Of a stretch of 64,000 nt of DNA, positions 1 through 10,097 are shown one piece after another (position 1 is the first letter of the stretch; every line of letters starts with the position of its first letter). A program made the position numbers and the translations under genes. Under the pieces are notes generated by a model. It was not told the origin of the DNA. It did no database searches and saw only the letters and a program-made list of their open reading frames with translations. The stretch spans positions 310,001 to 374,000 of the forward strand of contig MU058365.1 in NCBI GenBank assembly GCA_013265495.1, in the 5' to 3' direction. This stretch comes from Vicugna vicugna. Its lineage: Eukaryota.

Positions 1-84
1 GGTTATGAGTTTTATTTTTAATAGCCATTTTCTGCTTTCCTCTTCTTTTTGTATGATCATTCAAACTGATAGGAGAATATACAT

Positions 85-650
85 TTTTAGGTGAAATTCA
101 CGTAACATAAAATTAACCATTTTAAAGTGAGTTCAAATTTGACACAACATTGTAAAATGACTGTAACTCAATAAAAAGATGTTAAAAAAATAAAAATAAA
201 GTGAGAAGTTCAGAGGCATTTAGGGTATTCACAATGTTGATACAACCTCTACTTCTACCTAGTTTACAAACATTTACATCACTCCAAAAGAAAATCCTAT
301 ATTCATTAAGCAGTTGCTCCCTGTTCCTTCTTCCCCCAAGCCAGTGGCAACCACCAATCTGTGTTCTGTCTCTATGGATTTACCTACTCTGGATATTTCA
401 TATAAATGAAATCATACAATATGCGACCACCTGTGTTTGGTTTATTTCACTTAGTGTAATGTTTTTCAGGTTCATCTACATGGTAGCATGTGTATCCGAA
501 CTTCATTCCTTTTTATGGCTAAATAATATTCCATTGTATGTATATACCACAATTTGTTTATCCGTTCATCTTTGCTGATAGGCATTTGGGCTGTTTCTAC
601 CTTTGGCTGTTGTGAATAGTGCTGCTTTGAACATACATGTACATGTATTT
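85..650 (-). mobile_element. Old L1 (L1MA/L1MB-type) 3' UTR fragment, interrupted by a younger L1 insertion
   Basis: Typical antisense L1M 3' motifs: 'cataaaattaaccattttaaagtg', 'ggcaaccaccaatctgtgttctgtctctatggattt', 'ttcattcctttttatggctaaataatattccattgtatg'. Subfamily assigned by recollection. Confidence 0.8.
132..196 (+). mobile_element. Severely 5'-truncated young L1 3' end with TSD
   Basis: 'aaatttgacacaacattgtaaaatgactgtaactcaataaaaa' plus an A-rich tail, the same end as the element at 1207-1475. Flanked by TAAAGTGAG at 123-131 and 197-205. Confidence 0.75.
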
Positions 651-684
651 GTTTTTTTCCTGTTTTGTTTATTTGTTTTTAGTG

Positions 685-1175
685 TGTTTTTTAATTGAAA
701 TTTTATTGATTTAATTCTAGATTCACATGTAGTTTTAAGAAACAATACAGAGTGCCTGGTTTCCCCGGGAGTCTTTTGTAAAACAGTAGTATAATAACAC
801 AACCAGGATATTGATGACATTGATACGCTCCACCTGTCTTATTCAGATTTCCCCTGTTTTACTTGCACTCATTTGTGTGTGTGTTTGTAGGTTTGTGTAA
901 TTTATCATTACAGTCAAGATACTGAGCAACTCCAACATCATAACAATATCTCCTGTTTCCTTTTAAAAACTCCCCCTCTACTGTGCCTTAACAATTTTCC
1001 TAACCCCCAGCAATCATTAATCTGTTCTCTATTTCTAAAATTTGTCTTTTCAAAACGTTATATAAATAGAATCATACAGTATGTAACTTTTTGGGATTGG
1101 CTTTTTTCACTCAGCATAATTCCCTGTAGATTCATCCAAGTTGTTTTGTGTAGTGACAGTTTGTTCCTTTCTATT
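685..1175 (-). mobile_element. Old L1 (L1MC/MD-like) 3' fragment
   Basis: 'agattcacatgtagttttaagaaacaatacagag', 'tcacaaccaggatattga'-like motif, 'ggattggctttttttcactcagcataatt'-like motif; approximate bounds. Confidence 0.65.
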
Positions 1176-1206
1176 GGATTGTTTTAAAGATCCCCAGGTG
1201 GTTTCT

Positions 1207-1475
1207 TAGACTCATAGACATAGAATACAAACTTGTGGTTGCCAAGGGGGCGGATGGTGGGAAGGGATAGACGGGATTTCAAAATTGTAGAATAGATAAA
1301 CAAGATTATACTGTATAGCACAGGGAAATATGCACAAGATCTTATGGTAGCTCACAGAGAAAAAAATGTGACAATGAATATATATATGTTCATGTATGAC
1401 TGAAAAATTGTGCTCTACACTGGAATTTGACACAACATTGTAAAATGATAATAAATCAATAAAAAATTAAAAAAA
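1207..1475 (+). mobile_element. Young lineage-specific L1 3' end with poly(A) and ~21-bp TSD, inserted in a MER5-like DNA transposon remnant
   Basis: 'agactcatagacatagaatacaaacttgtggttgccaaggggg...ctgtatagcacagggaaata...aataaaaaattaaaaaaaaa'. TSD AAAGATCCCCAGGTG(G/A)TTTCT at 1186-1206 and 1476-1496; target TTTT/AAAG. Confidence 0.85.
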
Positions 1476-1699
1476 AAAGATCCCCAGGTGATTTCTATGT
1501 GCAGCAAGGTTTAGAAACCACTGGCTTCATTTATTAGCCATATAGTTTAGAGATTCTTCCAGTCATCTATTTACTTCTCAGGATTAATTAGATGACCTTC
1601 TAGTAATTCATTTTAGTTAGTTGAAAAAAAGATACTATATACATATAAGATATGACTGTAATCATTATTATTACTGTCATTTAGATTGTAAGGAAGCCA

Positions 1700-2170
1700 T
1701 TTTTAAAGTAAAATATACCTAACATAAAATTTACCTTTTTAACCATTTTTAAGTGTGCAGTTCAGTGACATTAAGTACATTCACATTGATACACTACCAT
1801 CACCACCATCCATCTCCAGAACTTTTTTCATCTTCCCAAACTGAAATTCCATATTCATTGCATCCTTCCCTGCAGCCCCTGGCAACTACCATTCTACTTT
1901 CTGTCTCTATGAATTTGACTACTCTTGGTACGTTATATAAGTGGAATCACACAGTATTTGTCCTTTTCTGAGTGACTTATTTCAATTAGCATGATGTCTT
2001 GAAAGCTCATTCATGTTGGAGCATGTGTCAGAATTTCCTTCCTTCTTATGGTTGAATAATATTCTATTGTATGTATCTACTACATTTCATTTATCCATTC
2101 AACCATCAATGGACACTTGGATTGCTTTCAGCTTTTGGCTATTGTGAATAATGCTGCCATGATCGTGGTT
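1700..2170 (-). mobile_element. Old L1 (L1MB-type) 3' UTR fragment
   Basis: 'aacataaaatttacctttttaaccatttttaagtgtgcagttcagtgacattaagtacattcacattg...ccatccatctccagaactttttt...gctattgtgaataatgctgc'. Confidence 0.85.
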
Positions 2171-3340
2171 ATACAAGGAGCCAGTTTTAAGTGATGAGCT
2201 GATGGTCTGTTCTCCCTCTGTAAGATGCTTATGTGGATAAATTGCTTGGTCTTTATGGATAGGTTTTAGTGTATCTCCCCAGATGAGCCAGTACCTTTCT
2301 CTAGTGATTGATCTTCCTTTTACAAAATATGGCAAAAAAAATTAGGTACTGTTCCAGTTGCTCTCTTGATTTTCTCAAAGGTGGTGGTAGAATTATTTTA
2401 CTGTATCAGTTCTCTTGCCCAGGCTGTTGATCAATCCCTCAGAGGCTGTGTTCTACAAATATAGTAACAAAAGTCTCTGTATATCTAGCAGGGAATAAAG
2501 GACTCATTAGTTTAGTTTAGTTTAACTCCAAAATACTACTAGGACAAAACTGTAAGCTTAAAAACCAACCTGAAAAAGGCTCTCTGTTCATATTATTTTA
2601 CAAGTTGTAAAGTAATGAGATTGAATATAGAAGACGCATTAGGATCCTTTGAGTTCTGCCTGTGTTACTCAGATAGGCCATTTAACTCTATTTCTATGCA
2701 TGGTCTTAGTTTTTTGTATTACAGGACCTAGTACCTGAGCTGAGAGCTCCCCTCTTGACTTTCCATTCTTAATGAACCACTTTGTCTTTTGACCTCCTTG
2801 AAGAGTATACTTTCTTACAGGCAATTCAGACAGATGTTTTTACAAGAGAATCAGCTGTGTTAGTAAGTGGACATTTTTCGGAGGCAATCAACTTTGGAAA
2901 GGTAGTGATTACTTATTTTAACATTGTATTTCTGACTGCATAATATTACCCTAACCCTAACCCTATCTATTTTTATGGCATCGGATAAATGAATTTTCAT
3001 ATATGTGTCTATTTCACTTTGATCTTTTTGACACTTTTCCTTAGTTTTTCACATACAATAAAAGTCAGTTGAAATGAAAAGAGGCTTAGCCACATCACTA
3101 AAAAGGAGAGAAACTTTAAACTTTATTGGTTTCTTTGGGTTTCAACAACTGGGCTGCATCCGTGTGTGTTGGAAGTACAGGAATGCCCTAAAAATGGAGA
3201 ATCTAATGAGATAATATAATTTTAGAGCCAAATCTACAGGTGAAGCATAAGCAACTTGTTCTTCTCATCTAGAGACTTGTCCATCGCACTTAGCAGTTTG
3301 AGAGGCTGAGAGTAAGTCCACAAATCTTTTTTCTTTCTAG

Positions 3341-3411
3341 ATCTTCATCTGCTGGTGGATGTGGCCTGCAAGCAGGAGCACTTTCCGAAGGAGGAAGAAT
3401 TAAAAGAGTGA
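3341..3411 (+). CDS. HSF5: HSF5 (heat shock transcription factor 5) last coding exon, (D)LHLLVDVACKQEHFPKEEELKE*
   Basis: Strong acceptor 'tctttttttctttctag|' ending at 3340, phase 1. The translation matches the HSF5 C-terminus as I recall it; TGA at 3409-3411. HSF5 lies directly upstream of RNF43 on the same strand in human. Too short for the ORF track. Confidence 0.82.
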
Positions 3412-5555
3412 GGAATGGATGACAAATGTGACATTGTGCACTGGCTGTAGCTGGAGGCAGACTAGCCTTGCACGTGACACACTGTTGGGATTTTTTTAGT
3501 TCTGTTAAGGAAAAAAAAAGTATTTTTGTTTTGTTAATTGAGAATTCTGTTGATTGAGAATTGGGAATTTGGTATTTACCACAGCTGTTCAGTTCAGATT
3601 ATTTACCTTGACAAACTATTAAACATCTAGCAGCCTTTTTTTGTTTTTTTTGTTTTTGCTGCCCAGATCCCTTTCAAATGAAAAGTCCTGGCCTTCTGTT
3701 ACAGTCGAGAAGCATCTAAAAACAGCTGCATCTGTGGTACCAGAGAATAATGTGTGTGAGTGTGCTGTCGCCTTGCCACTCTCAAACTGTAGTCAGCACG
3801 ACTCTAGTGGGGAGTTGAGTCTGTTTCAAGTCTCTGTGTGATCCTTTTAGAGGAGATTATGTGAGAAACGAAGGCATGTGAGGTCACCAAGATCACAGGT
3901 CTAAATGGTCAGGAATTCCAGGGAAGAAACTCTGGGAAAGAGCTAATTTTCTAAGTGATTAACCAGGAAATGCTCTTACTTCCTAACACAGCATTCTGTT
4001 TCAAGAGCAGGGCATCTGGACTTGGACCATCCATCACACTTAACAGCCCCTGATTATTTCTTATTGATGGGAGCATTCTTCTATTTTCATATCTTTCTTT
4101 TATGTTCAAGATACATTATCGTAAATGGTAAGAAGATTTTGTTAATATATCACTTATTTAATATATCTCCTAAAGAAAAGTATTTTTAACTTGTTTAATA
4201 TAATTGTATTTATAACTGCTGCTAGATTTAAAAGTTTTAAAGCTTTCTATTTTTATTAATATTGCAGGATAGAAGGATAAAGGATGCACGTGTAATATTT
4301 TTATTTTGAAGGGGAAATGTACAATGTGTGAACAAAAACATTAAGAGGTTTAACACAGTGTTTTCTTATTTTAGATTTTTACATTCAGTAAGTATAAATT
4401 TTCATCTAAAAAAGATGCTGTGTGCAAATTTTGGGAGAAACTGTTTGGTAGTCATCTAATAGAGGCTATACCTCTGATATTTTTAGTAGTTTATGTACGG
4501 CTTAAGCTTCTAAGAGAATTTTGGGTAGTGGGATAGACTGTAACATTCTAATCTTGGTTGTTAGGAGAGGTATCTTGGACATCCAGTTTCTGTGGTTGAT
4601 CCCTCACTTGCTCATCCGATGACAGCAAGAATCTGATTTAAAGTTTTTTAAATTGGCTAGACTCTCTTATTGGATGCTGCTTCAGTTTCCCTAATATGCT
4701 CTGCAGAAGCAAAAGGAAAGCCTAGGAATATGAAACTTGTTAAAAAGGCACTTAGGGATATAAGTACTCTTCCAGTCATTGTGTGTGTGAGAGTTCATTT
4801 CTCAAATTGCGTTGTGCCTTCCCAATGATGTCAAACTCTGGAAATGTTACAGAGATAGTCGTTTTTTTTTGTAAGAGGATGAGCTCTGTATTGGTCTGCA
4901 GTGACTCAGCTTAGATATGAAAGTAGATTCTGAAAAGTGACCTGTTTGGTCTGTCTGATTAGCCTAGTTGATGTCCATGTGATGGGCATTTATTCATCTT
5001 TATGAGCAAGGTTGGAAAGATGAATAGATTATCAAGACTCTTACATCTTTTGGCCAGACTGTGTATTTTGGCAGAGTATGTGAAGAGGAGACCCAATTTC
5101 TAAATGAAGGAACTTTGCCTTTTCTCTGTACTGTTGAAAAGCTGACATACTGTGTAGGTGATATTCCTTCCCTGAAATATACCTTTCTTGGCTTTGTATA
5201 TGTTGGAAGAGAATTATCTTTTGAGGAACATGTATCAAGCAGGAACCTTGGCATGGATTTGGTGTCAGTTGTTTTAAGGCTCAATTAATGAAATGCCTTT
5301 ATCAGCTTTCCAGACTTTTTTTATGTATGAATGCAGCAGACCAAGGAGCTGGATCTCCTGCTACCTGTCAACTGAAGCTGTCATTACTGACTCGGGCAAA
5401 GTGGCAAAAGATAAAATAAAATCTCTGCGTGAATTAGCCAGTAGGCTCTGACACATGCTATAACAAGGTTCCTGACTAGCACTTCAGTATTTCAGCACCT
5501 TAAGCACAATAAATTTCAATCAGTCAGCAATAAAGTGAGTATTTCAACTAGACTT
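3412..5555 (+). other. HSF5: HSF5 3' UTR (AU-rich, ~2.1 kb; end approximate)
   Basis: Repeat-poor AT-rich sequence between the HSF5 stop and clustered AATAAA signals. Confidence 0.6.
5508..5534 (+). terminator. Tandem polyadenylation signals, probably for HSF5
   Basis: AATAAA at 5508-5513 and 5529-5534 (also 5415-5420), followed by GT-rich 'cttgttgtcttgcctgctttcactgtttggttggt'. Confidence 0.55.
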
Positions 5556-7439
5556 GTTGTCTTGCCTGCTTTCACTGTTTGGTTGGTGATCGACAGAAAC
5601 CTCAGTCATCGTGACTACTAATCGTCACAGTAAACTTCAAAAGAGAATCTGTTTTTCAAAGAATCTGACTTTAAAAAAATGTCCTGAGTTTTTTTCATTT
5701 ACACTTGAATAGAGAGTGAATCTTTAAAATGCCATTAAGCATAAGGACAATTCTTGGACATGTTTATATAAGCCTAGTTTTTTGGAAAAGGATCAAGGTC
5801 TTCAGTAACTTTAGTGAAGGTAGATCCTGAAGGGTGATCTGTCTCACGTGTAAGATTAGGTAGTCGATGTCAGTGAGAGGGGCTTTTCATTACCATGGTG
5901 ATGGCATGTTTATGACATCTCTGTAGAAGCTGTGGTCTATCAACCCCTGATGGTTAACTCCAAAACTCTGAAGCCAGAGAATAATTTCTCTTGCTTATCA
6001 ATTCTGGTGACTTTGCTTGTCAACACTGTGTAAATAAATACAATGTATCAGTGAACTAAACTATATAGAGTTATTTGGTTTGATCCTGAGTAGCTCAGAG
6101 TTCCCACGCTCATGATACATATTATCATCATTCTCAGATCTTAGAGTTTCCTCAAGAGAGGGCACCCACAGCTATGTTTTCTTTCTTTCAACTAAGTTTC
6201 TGTATTAACTCTTAGGTTTGGGTGTCTTAATTCCTTTGCAAGTTTCAAGCAGGAGTAAGGGAGGCAAAGTTAATTAGTAGGTTATTTTTTGTTTAGTTTA
6301 ACTTTAAAGATATTTTTACATATATCAGATATATGGTAATATATATTTTGCATTATTTATGCTGTACTGTTACATGGCGTACATAAAATAAAAATATAAA
6401 ACCATGGGCAGACTTTAAAAAATTCTCTCCTGGAGAATTAGATCTACTCGTTCTTTAGGAAGGGAGCTATAAAAGGGCTATACTTGCATTATGTTTTTAA
6501 GGTCCAACCAGTAAAGAAAAAGTGCTAAGTTAAGAATTTTAGAATTTATCTCTCTGTCCTAGACGTTATTAGGTCTGAAATAACCAAAACTATCCCCATA
6601 AACCCTCTTCAGGGTTTAGAAAAAATTCTCCAGGTGAATAGGTCACTCGTACGTTTTGCTTTCAGAGCGATTATGTCATTTAGTCTTTGCAAGAAACCTA
6701 TAATGCAATTAGTATTCTCCACATTTTACAGGTGATCAATTTGTACAATTCTTTTGCACAAATTAAAAATTGTTTTAAATGTTATATTATGTGCTTTTTA
6801 CCACAATAAGGACGTAAGTCTTAACCATTTTCAAGTGTAGTGTTAACCATATTCACATTGTTGTTCATTTGTACAATTTGGAAAGATTATTGGCAGCAGG
6901 TCAAAAATAAAATGTTTGACTACAGTCAACTATAATCTGGTAAATTTGAAAATTCAAATTTTAGGAACATACATTAGAAACTTTTATTTCTAACGACAAG
7001 TTTACTAGAAGGGTTGTAGTTCATGAATGTGGTAATTAGCCAAAAATCAGTTTTCTTTTTGCCTACATTCTTCTTATTAAGCATATATATTTTACCCTTT
7101 TGTTTGCATTTATGAAATAGACTTACTTGCAGCCTTACATTGAAAGCCCAGGTCCGATCCATAGTATTATTTCACCTCCCAAGGATGTGAGAAGAAAATA
7201 ACAGATTCCAAACCTCTGACATCACCTAGTCTAAAAGCTTCATACAGGCACAGTTTAGAAGAGAGCTACTAAATTTAAACTTGTAAAGACTGAAGAAAAA
7301 CTGTGCGTAAAATGGACAGGAGTTCTTGCCAGAGTGGCAGACATAAAACAGCAATAAATCAGTAAGAACTACAGCACAGGATCCCTTTATTCTGGCTTTG
7401 TGCCTTTGACAGACACTAAAACCCGGAAAGAGCAGAAAT

Positions 7440-7845
7440 CCCTTTGAACTTATATTTGCAAAGCCTCGGGGCCATTTTTTTTAATCTTCTGGGTTTCCTT
7501 TATTTTTCTCTCTTGATTTCCTCATACCACCATCTATGTCTCTTGAGTGCAGAATCTGCTTAGACGTCTGTCTGAGTGGCCTCGATTTGCATGTGGAAGC
7601 TTGCTTACCAAGGAAAGGTATTGAGGATTGCATTGGCTGCAGTTTGCTTGTAGCTCAATAGAGGGAGTAGAGGAGCTGAGACAAGAGAGCCCAGGGACGT
7701 GTCTGGTGGAGTTAAGTGTGCGCGCACCGTTCCCTAGCCAGCCGGGAGGAGGAGGGGCGGGGTGGGGGTGGCTGCCTCCAGCTGCTCCACCCTCACTTTG
7801 TGTCAGCAGGTAGAGAGCGTGATTGCAGTCCCAGGGGAGGGAGTC
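7440..7845 (+). promoter_or_regulatory. RNF43: RNF43 proximal promoter (TATA-less, no full CpG island)
   Basis: TCF motif CCTTTGAA 7441-7448, octamer ATTTGCAT 7585-7592, reverse CCAAT (ATTGG) 7632-7636, palindrome GTGCGCGCAC 7718-7727, GC box GGGGCGGGG 7754-7762; local GC/CpG rise just before exon 1. Confidence 0.7.
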
Positions 7846-8408
7846 AGAGCTAGAACACCAATTACAAACCACAGGCTTCCTCCTCTAGGGAGCTGATCCA
7901 GAATTGTCTTTCTGGAAGGGAAGCACTCGAATCCTTCCGAACTTTCCAAGTCTATCCATGATTCAGAGATATTGCCTTCTCCCTCTGGGATTTTCTCTGT
8001 TCCTGGTAGTGAACTGTTTGCTGATGTATTTGCTACTTTGCGTCTTTTCTCTTTCAGGATTTGATCATTTTTATACGCTGTTCGGGGAGAAAAAGGACTT
8101 TTGTTAGAAAGGAGATTTCAGAAATGGTTTTGGATTCTCTAGAAGTGTTTTTAGAGTTCTTGGGGACAGTAGCTCTAACCTTGGAGTAAGTTTCTGCCTT
8201 TGACCTGCATGGATTATTTTTTCAGGCTGCGGAATTTCTCGGCACCTACCTGCAGTGTGGGGCACTTGGTTTGGTTGCAGAGTAAGAAGGTGGAAGAATG
8301 AGCTGTACTTGGTTAAGCAGTTGAAACCTTTTTTTGAGCAGGATCTATAAAAGCATAATTGAATGTGTTTCACCCCCGTGGATTCCAGTGGGCCCGACAG
8401 CGCAACAG
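7842..8408 (+). other. RNF43: RNF43 exon 1 (non-coding 5' UTR; start approximate)
   Basis: Resembles the human RNF43 5'UTR as I recall it ('agtcagagctagaacaccaattacaaaccacagg...gggcccgacagcgcaacag'); donor CAG|GTTTGC at 8408/8409. Confidence 0.65.
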
Positions 8409-9460
8409 GTTTGCAGATTTCTTTTGAAATTCTTTTTTTTTTCTCCCTCTGCCTCAGCAAAAGAAAAGAATCTATATAACAGGTTCATGTTCAGTTGCTT
8501 GGCTTTTCAGCACTTATTCTGAAGACTTAATAAGATTTTTTAACTTGACCTCTGAACACAGTGGGCTTTGTGGTTGAAGTGCATTTATATTTACTGAAGG
8601 GTGCACATTTTGAAATCTTAGAATAAGAGTTTGTACAAAGACCCAAATTCTCAAGTGTGCCTAGAAATAGCACAGATCTCCTCTACTCAGGTTTATTTTT
8701 CCTTTTTCAGGGCATTCTCGGTAGAGCCTTTAGACTAATCACCTCCCCACTCCCTCTGTCTTTTATTCCCCACCTCCTCAAGGAATTTGAAAACTTGTTA
8801 GGAATAGCCCTTTGTTTTACTTATAAACCTAGAAAATTACAGATTATAAAATCTGGATAATAAAGTAGTTTCCAAAAGCATCTCATGGGAAATCAAAGTG
8901 CTTGGCATTCTCAAGCAAGAGAATAAAAGCTGGAATTCCTAAGAGAAAAGGAAAATAAAGGCAGAAATATGAATTTCAACTGGGAAAAATAATTGGAAAG
9001 TGAACCTTTTCTAAATATTATTCTAATTATGAAAACTGGAAAAGGTTGTAATGCTCAGGTTTATCCTGGGAATACATGAAGACATAAATTAGCACCTAAT
9101 ATAGGCAAATTTAGATAAAACATTAAAAAGTCATAGTATATTTACGTTCATGAAAAGTGTTAAAAGTTCAGTGGGCCTAGAACTCTGGCTACTCTGAAGT
9201 ACAGTTTAATGTTGAAACTTTTATGAATGCATGTTGTAGCATCTCTGGGACATCTCTCAAGGTGTGGCCTGAAACAGTGTTCCCCTCTCCTTTCCCATTA
9301 AAAAAAAAATTCTGTGATTTTTAGTCTTTTACCATTGACAAATTTTGAGGCGTAAAAGGACCATCTCTTCATTTTCTGAGCTGGAGTTTTTCACTCTCAC
9401 CTTTGATGCATGGCCTTAGTCATTTACTTTGCCTTGTTTTGTTCATTAACATTGGGTTAG

Positions 9461-9845
9461 GGGCTCGAGAACTTGATGCATATGGAAGACCAGCACCAAG
9501 TGATCTGACATAATAAAAATTCAGGATGTGACATTCAACCTCAAGCAAAGTTGGAAATTCCAAAGAGAAGTGGCGATAACTTTACTAATCATAGTGAAGA
9601 TGGGAGAAAATGACATACCTGAAACAGAAGTAGGCTGAGAACGCCTCCTTCCCTGCTAGATCAGGAATGCCACCTGTTCTTGGGAATATACTTTAGAGAA
9701 AGGAAGGGCCAAAACTACGACTCGGCTTTCTGAAACTGAAGCATAAATTTCTTTTCCTCCGTTTGTCTGGATCTGGGAACCTGCGTTCGGTATTAGCTAG
9801 TGGAAGCAGTATGTATGGCCAAAGTGCGTTGCTGCAGCTGGTAGC
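9461..9845 (+). other. RNF43: RNF43 exon 2, 5' UTR part (385 nt)
   Basis: Acceptor 'tttgccttgttttgttcattaacattgggttag|G' ending at 9460; 385 nt to the ATG, consistent with recalled human c.-385. Confidence 0.65.
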
Positions 9846-10097
9846 ATGAGTGGTGGCCACCAGCTACAGCTGGCTGCCCTCTGGCCCTGGCTGCTGATGG
9901 CTACCCTGCAGGCAGGCTTTGGACGCACAGGACTGGTACTGGCAGCAGCGGTGGAGTCTGAAAGATCAGCCGAGCAGAAAGCTATTATCAGAGTGATCCC
10001 CTTGAAAATGGACCCCACAGGAAAACTGAATCTCACTTTGGAAGGTGTGTTTGCTGGTGTTGCTGAAATAACTCCAGCAGAAGGAAAACTAATGCAG
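9846..10097 (+). CDS. RNF43: RNF43 exon 2 coding part (codons 1-84; signal peptide and start of PA ectodomain)
   Basis: [29 protein letters not shown]...AEGKLMQ; donor CAG|GTAAGG; 252 nt. Confidence 0.98.

Noticed and set aside
201..2335. ORFs of 72-125 aa at the window start
   Set aside because: They are translations of L1 3' regions, not genes.
2949..2965. Telomere-like (CCCTAA)2 CCCTA
   Set aside because: Fewer than three units; too short to call an interstitial telomeric site.
6421..6650. 11-bp inverted repeat CCTGGAGAATT/AATTCTCCAGG ~200 bp apart, MITE-like
   Set aside because: No target-site duplication and no recognisable family; compatible with chance or an old local duplication.
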